A stretch of 64,000 nucleotides of DNA, from positions 12,338,001 through 12,402,000 of the forward strand of contig CP075496.1 of the NCBI GenBank assembly GCA_021613535.1. The letters are read 5' to 3'. Below are positions 40,101 through 51,499 of the stretch, piece by piece; the stretch's first letter is position 1, and each line of letters begins with the position of its first letter. A program made the translations under genes and the position numbers. A model generated the notes under the pieces. That model was not told where the DNA came from. It saw nothing but the letters and a program-made list of their open reading frames with translations, and ran no database searches. The DNA is from Adineta vaga (lineage: Eukaryota; Animalia; Rotifera).

Positions 40101-42246
40101 AATGATTATCGATGATAAATTCTATTTAAAAAAAAACAACAAAGTTTTACTATTGATATGTTTGCATCGATTGCCTGTTTCAAGTGTATAATTTGCTCGA
40201 CATGAACAAACATATCTAGATTTAAAATCATGAAAACATAAGAAGAAAATGAGTATATTTTTACTCACGATCCAACTGTATTTCGACAATCTTGATCACA
40301 TTCATCCCAAATTTCACATTCATTGACATCTAAATTCAACATTATACATGAAAAACAAACTTTTTTTTCTTACCAATACAAGATCGATTATTAACCGGAT
40401 TAATTTGAAATCCTACTGGACAATAGCATATACCACGACCATCAGGTGTTGGTCGACAAGCATGTTCACACGAATATAAACCACAAAATCTCGAACCTAT
40501 TCATTCAAAAGGAAAAATTAATCAATTCAAATCCACGCGCCATATCAATAGCAATGATTATTCATGATATGATGCCTTCGGTAACAGCAACAAATTCTCA
40601 AATGATTCTTGGATGGACTTATATGAATCTGTTTACTTTAATTTTCATTATTCTATGGTCCATATTATCATTAATAGCTATCTATTATCTTTGGTATTCA
40701 TTTAATCTTTTTCAAATTGAAATACAAGATATATCCTATGAAATAGTTGACTTTCATTCCAATGAAATTGATGGAAAACCAAGAGAAATATGTCGTCTAC
40801 TCAATTTACATGATGATACATCGTCAAGAGCTCTTCTAACTGTATAAATTCATATTACTTACCACATTGAGCATTTTCATCTGTACCATCTGTACAATCT
40901 TGTTGGCCATTACATACTTTTGTTATATCAATACATTGGCCAGTTACATTACATGGATACATATGAGGTGGACATTGTCTTGCTCCACAATGCATTTCAT
41001 CACTTCGGTCAAGGCAATCATCATCACGATCTAGTTTTTTAGATTGATTTATTAAGATGATATTTTCATGTAGAAAATAATCTTACCACAAACCCATGAA
41101 GATGGAATACATCTTCCATTAGCACATCGAAATTGAGCTTGTGTACAATTTGGTCGTGCTGTCGAATAAAATGATATTGTATTTTAGAAAAAATCATTAT
41201 ATTTCTATTTTGTTTCCTCTTACTGCAATTTGCTTCATCGGATCCATCTATACATTGTAAACGAAAATCACAACGTTGATAACCTGGTATGCATCGACCA
41301 TCTGCGACACATCGAAATTGACTTGTCGAACAAACAGTACCATCTAAAAGAAGCATGAAAGATAAAGAAATGTAACAAGGACATTTTTGTTTGCTGTTTC
41401 GATACGTACTACAATTGAATTCATCAGTTCGATCATCACAATTGTAATAACCATTACATTTCTGTGTTAATGGTATACATCGTTGCATATCACATTGAAA
41501 TTCGGTTGAAGGATCACATTGACGATAATCTAATAATTAAGAAAAGATATGAGTTCTTCTTACTAAAAATAAATACAAATACTTACTACAAAATGCTCCT
41601 TCATCACTACCATCAGTACAATCCTTTACATGATTCTATAAATATCGAATACAAACTATATCGTTTCTAAGAGAAAAACGTCACAACGATGTACTTACGC
41701 ATTTCATTGAGGCCTCAATGCATCGTGAATCATTACATTGAAATTGTGTACTTGAACATCTTCTTGGAGCTATGAGTAAAAATCAGAATTGTTTCTCGAA
41801 AAATTCCTTCAAAAGAAAAACAAACAAATAACATACGACAATTTTGTTCATCTGTATTATTTGCACAATCATTATCACCGTCGCATCTCCATGAAAGAGG
41901 TATGCATCGATCTCCACAATCAAATTGAGTGTCCATACATCTTGAGTAAGCTACGAAATTATGTGTTGATATTTTGAAGATTTTAACTCAATTTCATAAC
42001 TTACTGCAATTTCGTTCATCAGATGCATCAGTACAATCATTGATTCGATTACAACGCCATGCTACGGGAATACAACGACCACCTGTTTCACATCTCCATT
42101 CATTGATACCACAAGCATCTATTATTAGAACGAGAAAAAACGAAAATCATAATTTGAACCATCATATTTCTGTTCATCTTACCGGTTGTTGAATATAGAA
42201 GTAAAAAATTGGAACAAAAGAGAAATATCAGTAGTTTTAAATTCAT
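22126..42246 (-). CDS. LRP2: LRP2/megalin-like giant LDL-receptor-related protein, very many exons
   Basis: Signal peptide [21 protein letters not shown]. The first ligand-binding cluster has 7 LDLa repeats (LRP2 has 7, LRP1 has 2). Further LDLa clusters, EGF repeats and YWTD propellers follow, then a TM helix ([20 protein letters not shown], about 22820-22880) and a short cytoplasmic tail. Confidence 0.9.
40554..40847 (+). CDS. Putative 97-aa single-pass membrane protein nested antisense in an LRP2 intron
   Basis: An ATG-initiated 294-nt ORF fills most of a 366-nt intron (40497-40862) and contains the hydrophobic stretch [23 protein letters not shown]. Confidence 0.55.
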   Translation: MIIHDMMPSVTATNSQMILGWTYMNLFTLIFIILWSILSLIAIYYLWYSFNLFQIEIQDISYEIVDFHSNEIDGKPREICRLLNLHDDTSSRALLTV

Positions 42247-43916
42247 TGAAGAATTATCTAAAATATTTATTTAGAGAACCTTTGATTTATTTCAATTTTG
42301 AATATAGTTTAAGGTAGTTAGTAGTATGTATTGACTACTGCTTCCCTTATCAATTCAACGAAGAAATAAAAAAAGAGGAAAGAAGATGATCGTCTTACAT
42401 AGGCACTAACACATTCGCATCTGATTTCAATTTTATTCAATGATAATAGATATCATTGTTGTCGTGCAATACTACGATTTGATAATCTTCATTTCTCTCC
42501 TTTTTTGATTCGCTTCATAGAGAAAAAAAAAGAAGAAAAACGAAAGATTCACGTAAGTTGAGATTCGTTTATTTCACTATTGTTAAATCATTCTTAGATA
42601 GAAAGATCAAGAAAAATGCACTTTTACCTTTTTGTTCTTTCTTATTTCGAAAAAAAACCGCGAGAGAGAGAGAGAGAACTACCAATCTTTTTTTCCACTT
42701 CAGATACATCTGAAGGATTGATATTATCACTGTTCATCAAATTTTCTTCTTCTTTTTCTGTTCAAAAGATAAAACCAAAGTGTCTTGTACCGTATACATA
42801 TGTAATTGAAAGTAATCATCTTATCTCTATTTGACTACCTCTCAAGTAGTTCGATTTTAAATCGCATCAAACAGTTTGCTTTGCTGGTAAACAAACATTC
42901 TCGAAATAATAGAACATTGAAAATCGAACATTCAAGGAAAAAAAACGAATCACTTGTTTGCATGTTGATTTTTGTTTTTATCGTTCTGACCTTTTATCTT
43001 TTTCGAGTGGGTTAAATATTGAGATTTACCAATCGATCAAATAAGAAAAGTGAGAAGAATAACATTCCAATGATTTTTGTTTTCAGCTCAATTACATAAA
43101 ATGCATACTCAACTATTCTAATTAGTTATCATCTATGAAAATTCATTGTTTGTCATTATATTTCTTAGCAAGAAGTAAGATTTTTGACGAAAATAAATAA
43201 ACTTTTGATTGCATTCAATATTCGATGTAATGCTTGATAGAAATGAGATTTATAACATAAAATATAATGAAATTCAATTAGTTTTCTTTCTCTAGTTGAA
43301 ATCAATCCGAATAGAATCGAATGATATCGAAGACAAACTTGGGTGAGTAAAAATATGTTCAGATAAGATAACGTAGAGAGAGGAGAAAAAAAGAAGGAAT
43401 CAATTGTAATAAATATAGTAAGATGTAATATGATTTTCGTTTGCTTCTTTTTGATACATGAAATAAATGACCTGATGAACTCGAAAAGTGCAAAACTTAT
43501 GAATTAAATTTAATGTGATTTTCTTGATTATTGAAAAAATAGAAAATTAATCCTAAGTAATTAAGTCGTAAAACTTTCTTCATGATAATTGCTTAAAATA
43601 TCAGCATATTGGTCTATAAGTTCTTGTAATACTGTTGGATTAATTAAGTAATGATGACTGGAATAAAATATGCTTTTTATTAGTCTAAATCGTTATCTTC
43701 CTAATAGACATGGGTGAATCTGTCCAATGCTTTAAAGGAGACAATTAGTTATCGTTATTGGAAAAAGTTCTAGAACATCACTTGATATTTGTCCTAACAT
43801 TCATGAAGTACAATTGTCCGTTCGAACTTATATAAGATGAACAGTGAGTTTATTCATTGACTATCTGTTGTGAAATATAGTAGTTTTACTATATATATTT
43901 ATATTTATTTATTGAA

Positions 43917-44255
43917 TTAGATAAAAAAGAAAATGTCAATCAGATTGTTCGGAGATGATGATGATGAGTCGGATTTCCAATTTTTTGTATCATCCATAAT
44001 AATATTTGAGTTACCAAGTACATTTGGTGGTGCTTGATTGCTTGTCATGCCATAGTATTTAAGTTTATGTTTACTTCGTAATACTTTACCATTAAAGAAA
44101 ATTCGACAACCTTGATCAAATTTCGGTGGAAGACGAGCTCGAATTTCTGTTTTTAATTCACCTACGGTTATCTTTTCATTAACAAGTAAAACTGCAGTTT
44201 CATCATCTGATTTACGTAGAATTGTAAGTTGAACTTGATTTGGCCCAGTCGTCAT
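43917..44255 (-). CDS. Small ubiquitin-like-domain protein (no C-terminal GG)
   Basis: Beta-grasp pattern: VQLTI..ITVGELKTEI..RIFFNGKVL..KHKLKYYGM. Confidence 0.7.
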   Translation of the reverse strand: MTTGPNQVQLTILRKSDDETAVLLVNEKITVGELKTEIRARLPPKFDQGCRIFFNGKVLRSKHKLKYYGMTSNQAPPNVLGNSNIIMDDTKNWKSDSSSSSPNNLIDIFFFI

Positions 44256-44641
44256 TTGAAAGTAACTCTACTTTGTTAATGATACGGATGAATGAATACA
44301 AAATAAGGGAGAAGATAAAACATGGATATTACTTGGTATTCTGTATTTCGATGAAGAGAGGACAAACGTTTTTTTTTCTTTTCTTAATCATTGAAAAACA
44401 AATAGAAATCCAATCTATTTTTATCTCTCTCTCTCTCTCTCTCTCGATTTAGTCAAAAACGTTCGATGATAGATTCTTTTGACTGATTAGATTGAGTGCA
44501 TATGTTATATATATACTGTATTGAATATTCATCCGAAATATTTTCTTTTTTCTCATTTATGATACTTAAACAAAAAAAAAGAAGTAGAAGACAAAGAAAA
44601 TGAATAGAGCACCTAAAGATAAAATTCACATTGCTTGAGAT

Positions 44642-45598
44642 TTAAATTAACGAAAGCCAATCATCTGTAATAGCCCAAATTCGTTCGAAACATTTCTTCT
44701 GAAATATATTTTCATTTCCTGTATGAACACGATGAAGAATTTCTGTCTGTTTAAAATGTTTTGATTCAAATAATTTTATTGCTAAACGATTATCTTCAGG
44801 TATTGAAAGTAACATCATACCATCATAATCAATTGCACATTGTCTTAATAATAGAAGAGCAATATTTGAATTATCCGCATACAATGGTCCACATTTAATA
44901 TATGCTTGACTAAAATTTAGAATAACATAACCTAAAATTGAATTCGTTTTTGTTGAACGTGCAACATAACCAGCTATGGAATAGGTATGTTCACGTAATT
45001 GTTCAAAATAATGAATTCGATATGTCGGATAGATTTGATGATCATAGGTAGCAACATCGAGAATATCGGAAGATTCGAATAATTGTAAATGAATATCATC
45101 TTCATTAAGATTTGTTAAATGAAAAAAATCACTTAATTTACCCATTAGATTTACAAGAGAAAATGATGCTTGAAAACCGTAACGAATATAAAATGGTAAA
45201 TGTTTAGTTAGAATATTTGCATGAACAAGTTTTGTTTCTTTTGATTTAAGATTTAAAACATAATTGGTTAATAATTCACCGATACCAAATTTACGATAAT
45301 CTGAACGAACATAAACTAAACCAAGCATAAGAACAGCTGGAGTTGTTTGATTATGAAAATCCCATTGTTTAAGAGAAGCATGAGCTAGAAGACCATGTTT
45401 AGAAACAATTACGTATGAATGTTTAGGTCGAAATGCATAATAATACATCGACAAATCAATTGCTGCACATTGAAATATTGAACAATCTTGAAAGAAATTT
45501 TTTATATCATATATATCACGAGACATCATGGGACGTATAAATAAATTGAGTGATTCAATTTTTTCATCTCTAGAATAATAAATATTTCTCTTGAGCAT
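44642..45598 (-). CDS. Intronless GNAT acetyltransferase with a YitH/Acetyltransf_18-like C-terminal domain
   Basis: Acetyl-CoA motif A LVYVRSDYRKFGIGELL, plus VATYDHQIYPTYR, LGYVIL..CGPLYADNSNIALLLL and IPEDNRLA. Confidence 0.8.
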   Translation of the reverse strand: MLKRNIYYSRDEKIESLNLFIRPMMSRDIYDIKNFFQDCSIFQCAAIDLSMYYYAFRPKHSYVIVSKHGLLAHASLKQWDFHNQTTPAVLMLGLVYVRSDYRKFGIGELLTNYVLNLKSKETKLVHANILTKHLPFYIRYGFQASFSLVNLMGKLSDFFHLTNLNEDDIHLQLFESSDILDVATYDHQIYPTYRIHYFEQLREHTYSIAGYVARSTKTNSILGYVILNFSQAYIKCGPLYADNSNIALLLLRQCAIDYDGMMLLSIPEDNRLAIKLFESKHFKQTEILHRVHTGNENIFQKKCFERIWAITDDWLSLI

Positions 45599-46459
45599 TC
45601 GTCATAACAGAATCATTGAATCTTTCTGTTGTTGTAGTCAAAATATTTTAGTTTATATTTACCTATAGAGCCAAAATGAATATTGACTTGTCAGTATTGA
45701 TGGATCAGCACAACAGGATACTTCGCTAGTAGATTCATGATCCGACATGATTGATAAAATATGGGCGTATGGACGTTAGTAATAGAAAACAAACCAAGGA
45801 TATAAACGTACGCGTTGATAATGTTAAAATCTCTCTATATGCATTATAATTTGTAACACATACAATGTGCTACTTTAATACGATGCAATGACCCTATCTT
45901 ACTGTGTATATGCATGTATGTCTAGTGATAGTTCCATTAGAAACAGTAGCATCAACAGAAGGATAAGGAAGAGAGAAAGAGAAGGATTACTCTTTTTTCT
46001 TTCTCTCTCTCTTTCTCTGTCTCTGTTTTGTCGATCTAATGCTTGCCATTTTCTATTGCTATATGATCAATCCGAACGAGAATTTATTTAGAATAATAAC
46101 GGAGTCAATACAATGAAAGAATAACAATGATAGTAATCATAGATAGGAAAGACGAGAAGCAAAAAGAAAAGAATACTTTTTTTTCTCTTCATCTATTCTA
46201 TACTCAACATCGATGTGTCTACTAGAGATATTTCCTTTTCTTTCTGCTGGATATCCTGCAACTTTTTACTTGTTATTATTCCTATGGCCTTTACCCTATT
46301 CATATAAATAATCGTCGCATCTTTATGATAATGTAAACAGAAGTAAAAAGAGAGCATCTGTTTATATATCTGTGTGTCATTTGATTGATAGCGCGTTTTA
46401 TATAATATTTCAAATTAATTTCTACTCTAACTCTTTCTTTTGACAAAAGAAAAGAACAA

Positions 46460-47164
46460 ATGCGTTCATCATCGAAAAGAGTCCGTCAATATCAAGACTC
46501 ATCTATTTTCTCACATTCATCTAAAATATCATCGAATATCACAGGAGATCATTTCTTAAATTTCAATACTGAACAACTTGAACAATCAATCAAAACAATT
46601 GTTGAATCAGAGATTTTGTATAATTTATTATCCTATGCTAAACAATTACATGATTTAATTGATCATGATAAGCGATTTTCTCGAGATTATTTTCTACAAA
46701 TTGAAAACTATACATCGAATTCTCAATCGAATAAACTTATTGATGAGTTAATCAAATTAATTCGATCTTATTTTGATAAATATTTATTAATGTCAGTAAT
46801 TCTTCGTTGTTATATACAATTACATGTTCCATCAACTGAATCAGGTAATAATCAAGGTGTAAATATTCAATTACAAATTCTTAAAGAAATTCAAGAAATG
46901 GAAACAATTATTGAAACAAATGAGAATTTATTTCTTGATTATTATAAAAAACATTATGAAATATTAAAATATTTAAATAAATATCCATCAATTGAAGATT
47001 ATCATTTATATTTAATTGAATATGAGAAAAAGATTTTTGATGATCTATGTTCAATTATATTAGAATTACGAACAATATTTCTTAAAACATATGATATTAT
47101 CATAAAGAATTTAACTAAAATTCAAATGCCAAGAAATCAACAGAATATTTCGATGATTGATTGA
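46460..47164 (+). CDS. Divergent intronless proteasome activator PA28/REG (PSME3-like)
   Basis: IQLHVPSTESGNNQGVNIQ, KYPSIEDY and ELR..YDIIIKNLTKIQMPR align to PA28 (QLLIPRIEDGNNFGVSIQ, KYPHVEDY, DMILKNIEKIKRPR). Confidence 0.82.
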   Translation: MRSSSKRVRQYQDSSIFSHSSKISSNITGDHFLNFNTEQLEQSIKTIVESEILYNLLSYAKQLHDLIDHDKRFSRDYFLQIENYTSNSQSNKLIDELIKLIRSYFDKYLLMSVILRCYIQLHVPSTESGNNQGVNIQLQILKEIQEMETIIETNENLFLDYYKKHYEILKYLNKYPSIEDYHLYLIEYEKKIFDDLCSIILELRTIFLKTYDIIIKNLTKIQMPRNQQNISMID

Positions 47165-47719
47165 ACCAATTGTGTTCTTTTTCATCATTATATTGACTAA
47201 TGAATAATAATGATAGGATAAAATACGATTAAGTTAATAAGCATATTCTACAAGAACTTTTCTCTACAAATCTCTTGACAATTTCGTTTTTGATGATGTC
47301 AACAACTGACAAATAACTAAATGTCATCAACCTTAAAAAGCCCATTAATCATCTCTGATAAACTTTGTCTATCAATATATTATACAGACACTTATTTCAA
47401 TTATTTTGCTTCGACACAGACTCTCTGCACCTACTATATATAGATATTCTAAATTTACGTACACACACAATCAAGAAGATACCAATAACGATACTTTTTT
47501 AGATAATATATTTTATAGCTATTATTATAAATGCTTTTATTTAATTACTTAGAAGAACTGAATTTAATATCAGAATGACTGTTTTACACACGTACAGAAA
47601 TCTAAGAGAACAAAAAAAAAAGATCACCGAATAGAAAGAAATGATTGAATTAAGAAGATTTATGCAAAGAAACATAAAAACCGAATGTTCATATATGTAA
47701 TTATTTATGTAAAGAAAAG

Positions 47720-49548
47720 TTAATTTTCTCTATTTAATGTTTTCTTTCGTTTAACATAGCTTTCTTCAATAGCAGCTATATCTGCATTTTTTGTTATCCA
47801 AACATGTTGAGCAACATCTTTTAAAGGTAAACGATCGGATGGATTTCGACGAAGTAACTAAATAATTGGATTTTAAAATGAATATTTTCAAAAGTAAAAG
47901 ATGATAAAAATTTTACTTTTGTTATTAGATCACGAAGATCAGGTGATGTTCCTGTAGGAAAAGTTAATTCTATCGATCGTATCATTCGAATAGTTTCATG
48001 TTGAGTTTGACTATCGAATGGTGGTTTACCAATAATCTATTAGAAAAAGATTTGTAAATGAATTAATCAAAGATATAATCGAAATTCATTACCATTTCAT
48101 AAGTGAGTACACCAAGACACCAAAGATCGATTTTTTCATCATAACCATTTCCATTAAGCATTTCTGGTGGAAGATAATCTAATGTACCGCAGAGTGTCGT
48201 TCGTCTTCGAAAACAAAAAACAAATCGTATTCGTTTGAAAATACAGTCATCTTTTAGAATGATCTTACTTGCATGTCGATGTACTTTCAGCTGACCAACC
48301 AAAATCCGCTATAACAAAACAAAAGTAAAATATATATAATCGAAAGAAAATAATCTGACTATTTCTACCTAATTTTAAAATTCCATATTTTCCAATGAGA
48401 ATATTCTCTGGTTTAATATCTATAACAATGTAATCGTTATATATTTGATATTTCTTAAATTATTCAAATATACCTCTAAAAAAACCCAGAGATTAGATAG
48501 ATTTTACATTGAAATTGATATTCTTACCGATGAATAACTCGTTTTGTATGTAAATAATTCAGAGCATTACAAAGTTGATAAACATACTAGAGAAATTCAT
48601 GGAAAAGAATAGATAAAAAATTAAAAAAACGTATTAGAAATTCATACTCCAGCAGCTTCACTTTCACGTAAAGTTTTTTCTGTTTGCATACGTCGATATA
48701 ATTCTCCACCAGGTGCATATTCAAGTAATAGATAGATTCGTTGTTCATCATGAAAAAAGCCATAGAGACGTAGAATATTTGGATGTCTATAATCGATCTA
48801 TTTGTTAATAATTAAGCGACGAAAAATAACACACTTGAACATACTTAAGATTTGATTGAATTTCAATTTCACGTTTTACTTGTTGTTCCATTTTAGAATT
48901 TTTCAATTGAGCTTTAAACAATATCTACAAATGAACATTTTATGTAGAGATAAAAGACAAATAGATTTTGATTCAATTACTTTAAGTGCGACAACAAAAC
49001 GTGTTTGTTTCTCTCGACCACAATAAACATAACCGAATCGACCACGTCCTAATAAATTACCAATTTCAAAATCATCAACTGTCCAACTTGATGTTTTTCT
49101 AGAATAAATAATCATTTCGAAATATTACATTTCATTTTTCTACAGAAGCTACATACATGGATTTTTTCTCTTCATTATTATTCGATATGACCATGTCTGA
49201 TGAAGGTGGTGATGTTGGTGATATTGTAGTAGTATCTGGTCTTATTAAACAAGAAGAAAAAATGATATTAAAAACAATACTATCATTGGTTAATATACTT
49301 TATTTGTATTTCTGTTGATGGAAATGGTGGTGAAGACATATTCTCTTTAAATTCTTCATGATCAACTAGTTCAGTTGTTACTGTGACTTTGTCTACAGGA
49401 GCAACAGGTGCATTATTGTTTGTGACAGGTTTACTTTGTGAAGTTTGATTGTCCTGTTGTTGTGGTTGTGGTTGTGATTGTGATTTTGATTTAATTTTGA
49501 ATTTGATGATGTTTTATGACTTGAAAAGAATCTTTTAATTGCAGACAT
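47720..49548 (-). CDS. AURK: Aurora kinase, multi-exon; start at 49548 (requires a 1-nt correction) or at 49339
   Basis: [74 protein letters not shown] and [16 protein letters not shown]. Confidence 0.93.
48474..48475 (-). other. 2-nt exon (AG) within the HRD motif of Aurora kinase
   Basis: cat cg|gtaag..52 nt..tttag|AG|gtatat..54 nt..tatag|at att aaa cca; only this path gives H-R-D-I-K-P-E-N using GT-AG introns. Confidence 0.85.
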
Positions 49549-49894
49549 GAAGAATTATGTGATAAATGAAATAAAATCATTAAACACTGGTTAATTCTTT
49601 GTTTCGAGCCTGACGAAAATATGCACGAATGAAATTCATGTGCGCTACTTTCCATTCATCAATTAAATAATCATCGAAGAAACTTTGAAATTCATTTAAA
49701 AAGACGAAAAAGAATTTCAAATGAAAATAATTATTGAAAATTTTTTCTTAAACTTTTCTATTATATTTGAAAATGAGGTTCGACTGTTAAGGATGATTAG
49801 ATATCAATGGCAGACAGTGTGTTGACATGTTTACAGCTTATTAGCGAGTGACGACTCCTACTCATTTCTTTATTCATAACGATTCAAGCACATC

Positions 49895-50802
49895 ATGGCA
49901 AAAGCAACAGCAGCTAATTTTACCGATGAACCTTACTATACAAGCGAACAAATTCCCATTCCACCCGAACTACCTGATATCTTACTTCAATTTTCTAAAG
50001 CTGCTATTCGTACGCAACCAACGGATGTACTTGCATGGAGCGCTGCGTATGTTGTCTATTCATTCACTATCTTTTTTCTTTAATATTCAATGAACTAATT
50101 GTAGATATTTTCGAGCATTAGCAAATGGTGAAACACCACCAGTTAAAGAACGTAAGAAACATAATAATGTCAGAAAAACTAGATAATAGATATACATAAT
50201 CATTTGCTAATTAGGTCTTGAAATGCCATTAGCAACACAAAAGATTGATACAGGTTTAACAATGGGATTAATAAAAATCTTACATAAACAAGTGAGACTC
50301 AAAGAATTGAATGATTAATTTAGTTTTGAATTCATTTTTAGCTCTCACCAAAAGGTACATTGTCGTTACAAGAAATTCAAAATAAATTTGATGATTTAAA
50401 AATTCCACGTGAACAATTCGATGATATTGTACAAATTGGAGCATTCAATGGTGAAGTTCAGTGGGATTCATTTCTTGCTATAACTGTCTCCAAATTGGCT
50501 AAAGTATGTTAATTCTACATGTGAAAAATCTTTTCTATTTTTCCATTCATTAGAATATAACTGATACATTGATCAAGATCTGCGAATTATTAACAAGCGA
50601 TCCGCAAGGTGCTAATGCTCGTATTCCATTCGATGTATGGAAGAAATATTATCGATATTTAGCTGAACTTGATGGTGATATAACTGAACAACATGTTAAA
50701 CAAGTTATTGATTATTTAGCAAATGAATGGGTTATTCGACAAAATGGTATGATTCATCCGAGAAATTTCATTCATCCAGAATGTCCAAAACTTGATCAAT
50801 AA
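49895..50802 (+). CDS. ROPN1L: Ropporin-1-like (RIIa domain; radial spoke protein 11 family), 5 exons
   Basis: [58 protein letters not shown] and CELLTSDPQGANARIPF. Confidence 0.92.
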
Positions 50803-51499
50803 TTCTATGCATTAAAACAAAACTCATCTGAATAGACAAATAAAAAAAGCTAGAACAAAAGAGAAACAACAAAAATAATATGATGCATGTTTTCATAGAT
50901 ATTGTCCGTAATATGTATTTGTCACCGCTTTGCTTTGCGAATCTTTTGTTTTCGGTTTTTTAGAAACAATAATAAAATAAATCTATGCTTTTTATTTTAT
51001 TTTATTCAACTTAATAAGAAAGTAAGCCAAAATAATCATTTGATTTCTATCGAATTTATCGATGAAATATGACTGTTTGTATTTTGAGGTTTGAAAAACG
51101 AGCATACAATGCATATTTATTGACGGTAGATAGTTTGTGATATCTTGTCAAAAGAGAAAGAAATCAATTATCGCATGCTTAATAGTAAATGTTTTGATCA
51201 CATGAAAGCATTTCTATTAGCATCAAATAATGAAATTACAAACTGATGCATATATTCGGTTTTATCATGCATTATTTTATTTGATTCATCAGTAATCTGA
51301 TGAACGAGAAAACGATTATATAAAACAGATAAAAATTTTCGAAAAAGAAAACCTACAATGAAAGACATGTTAAATAGATCTAAAATGTGTAGCACTAAAT
51401 TAGATTACTATTTAGCTAGTTTAAATAGATAATATAGAAATAATTTCGTCGCAATTATTGCATATAATATATATGTAATACTAATATAATAAATAGATG

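Noticed and set aside
24550-42192. Numerous 60-118 aa ORFs on both strands across LRP2
   Set aside because: They are off-frame or antisense shadows of Cys-rich LRP2 exons. Only 40554-40847 lies wholly within an intron and was retained.
43917-47164. Ubl + GNAT + PA28 as a functional proteostasis cluster
   Set aside because: Only adjacency and lack of introns link them. The orientations are mixed and no shared regulatory signal is evident.
49549-49894. CHR (TTTGAA) and forkhead (TGTTTACA) sites in the Aurora/ROPN1L divergent promoter
   Set aside because: They are biologically plausible, but such short AT-rich words are expected by chance in this genome.
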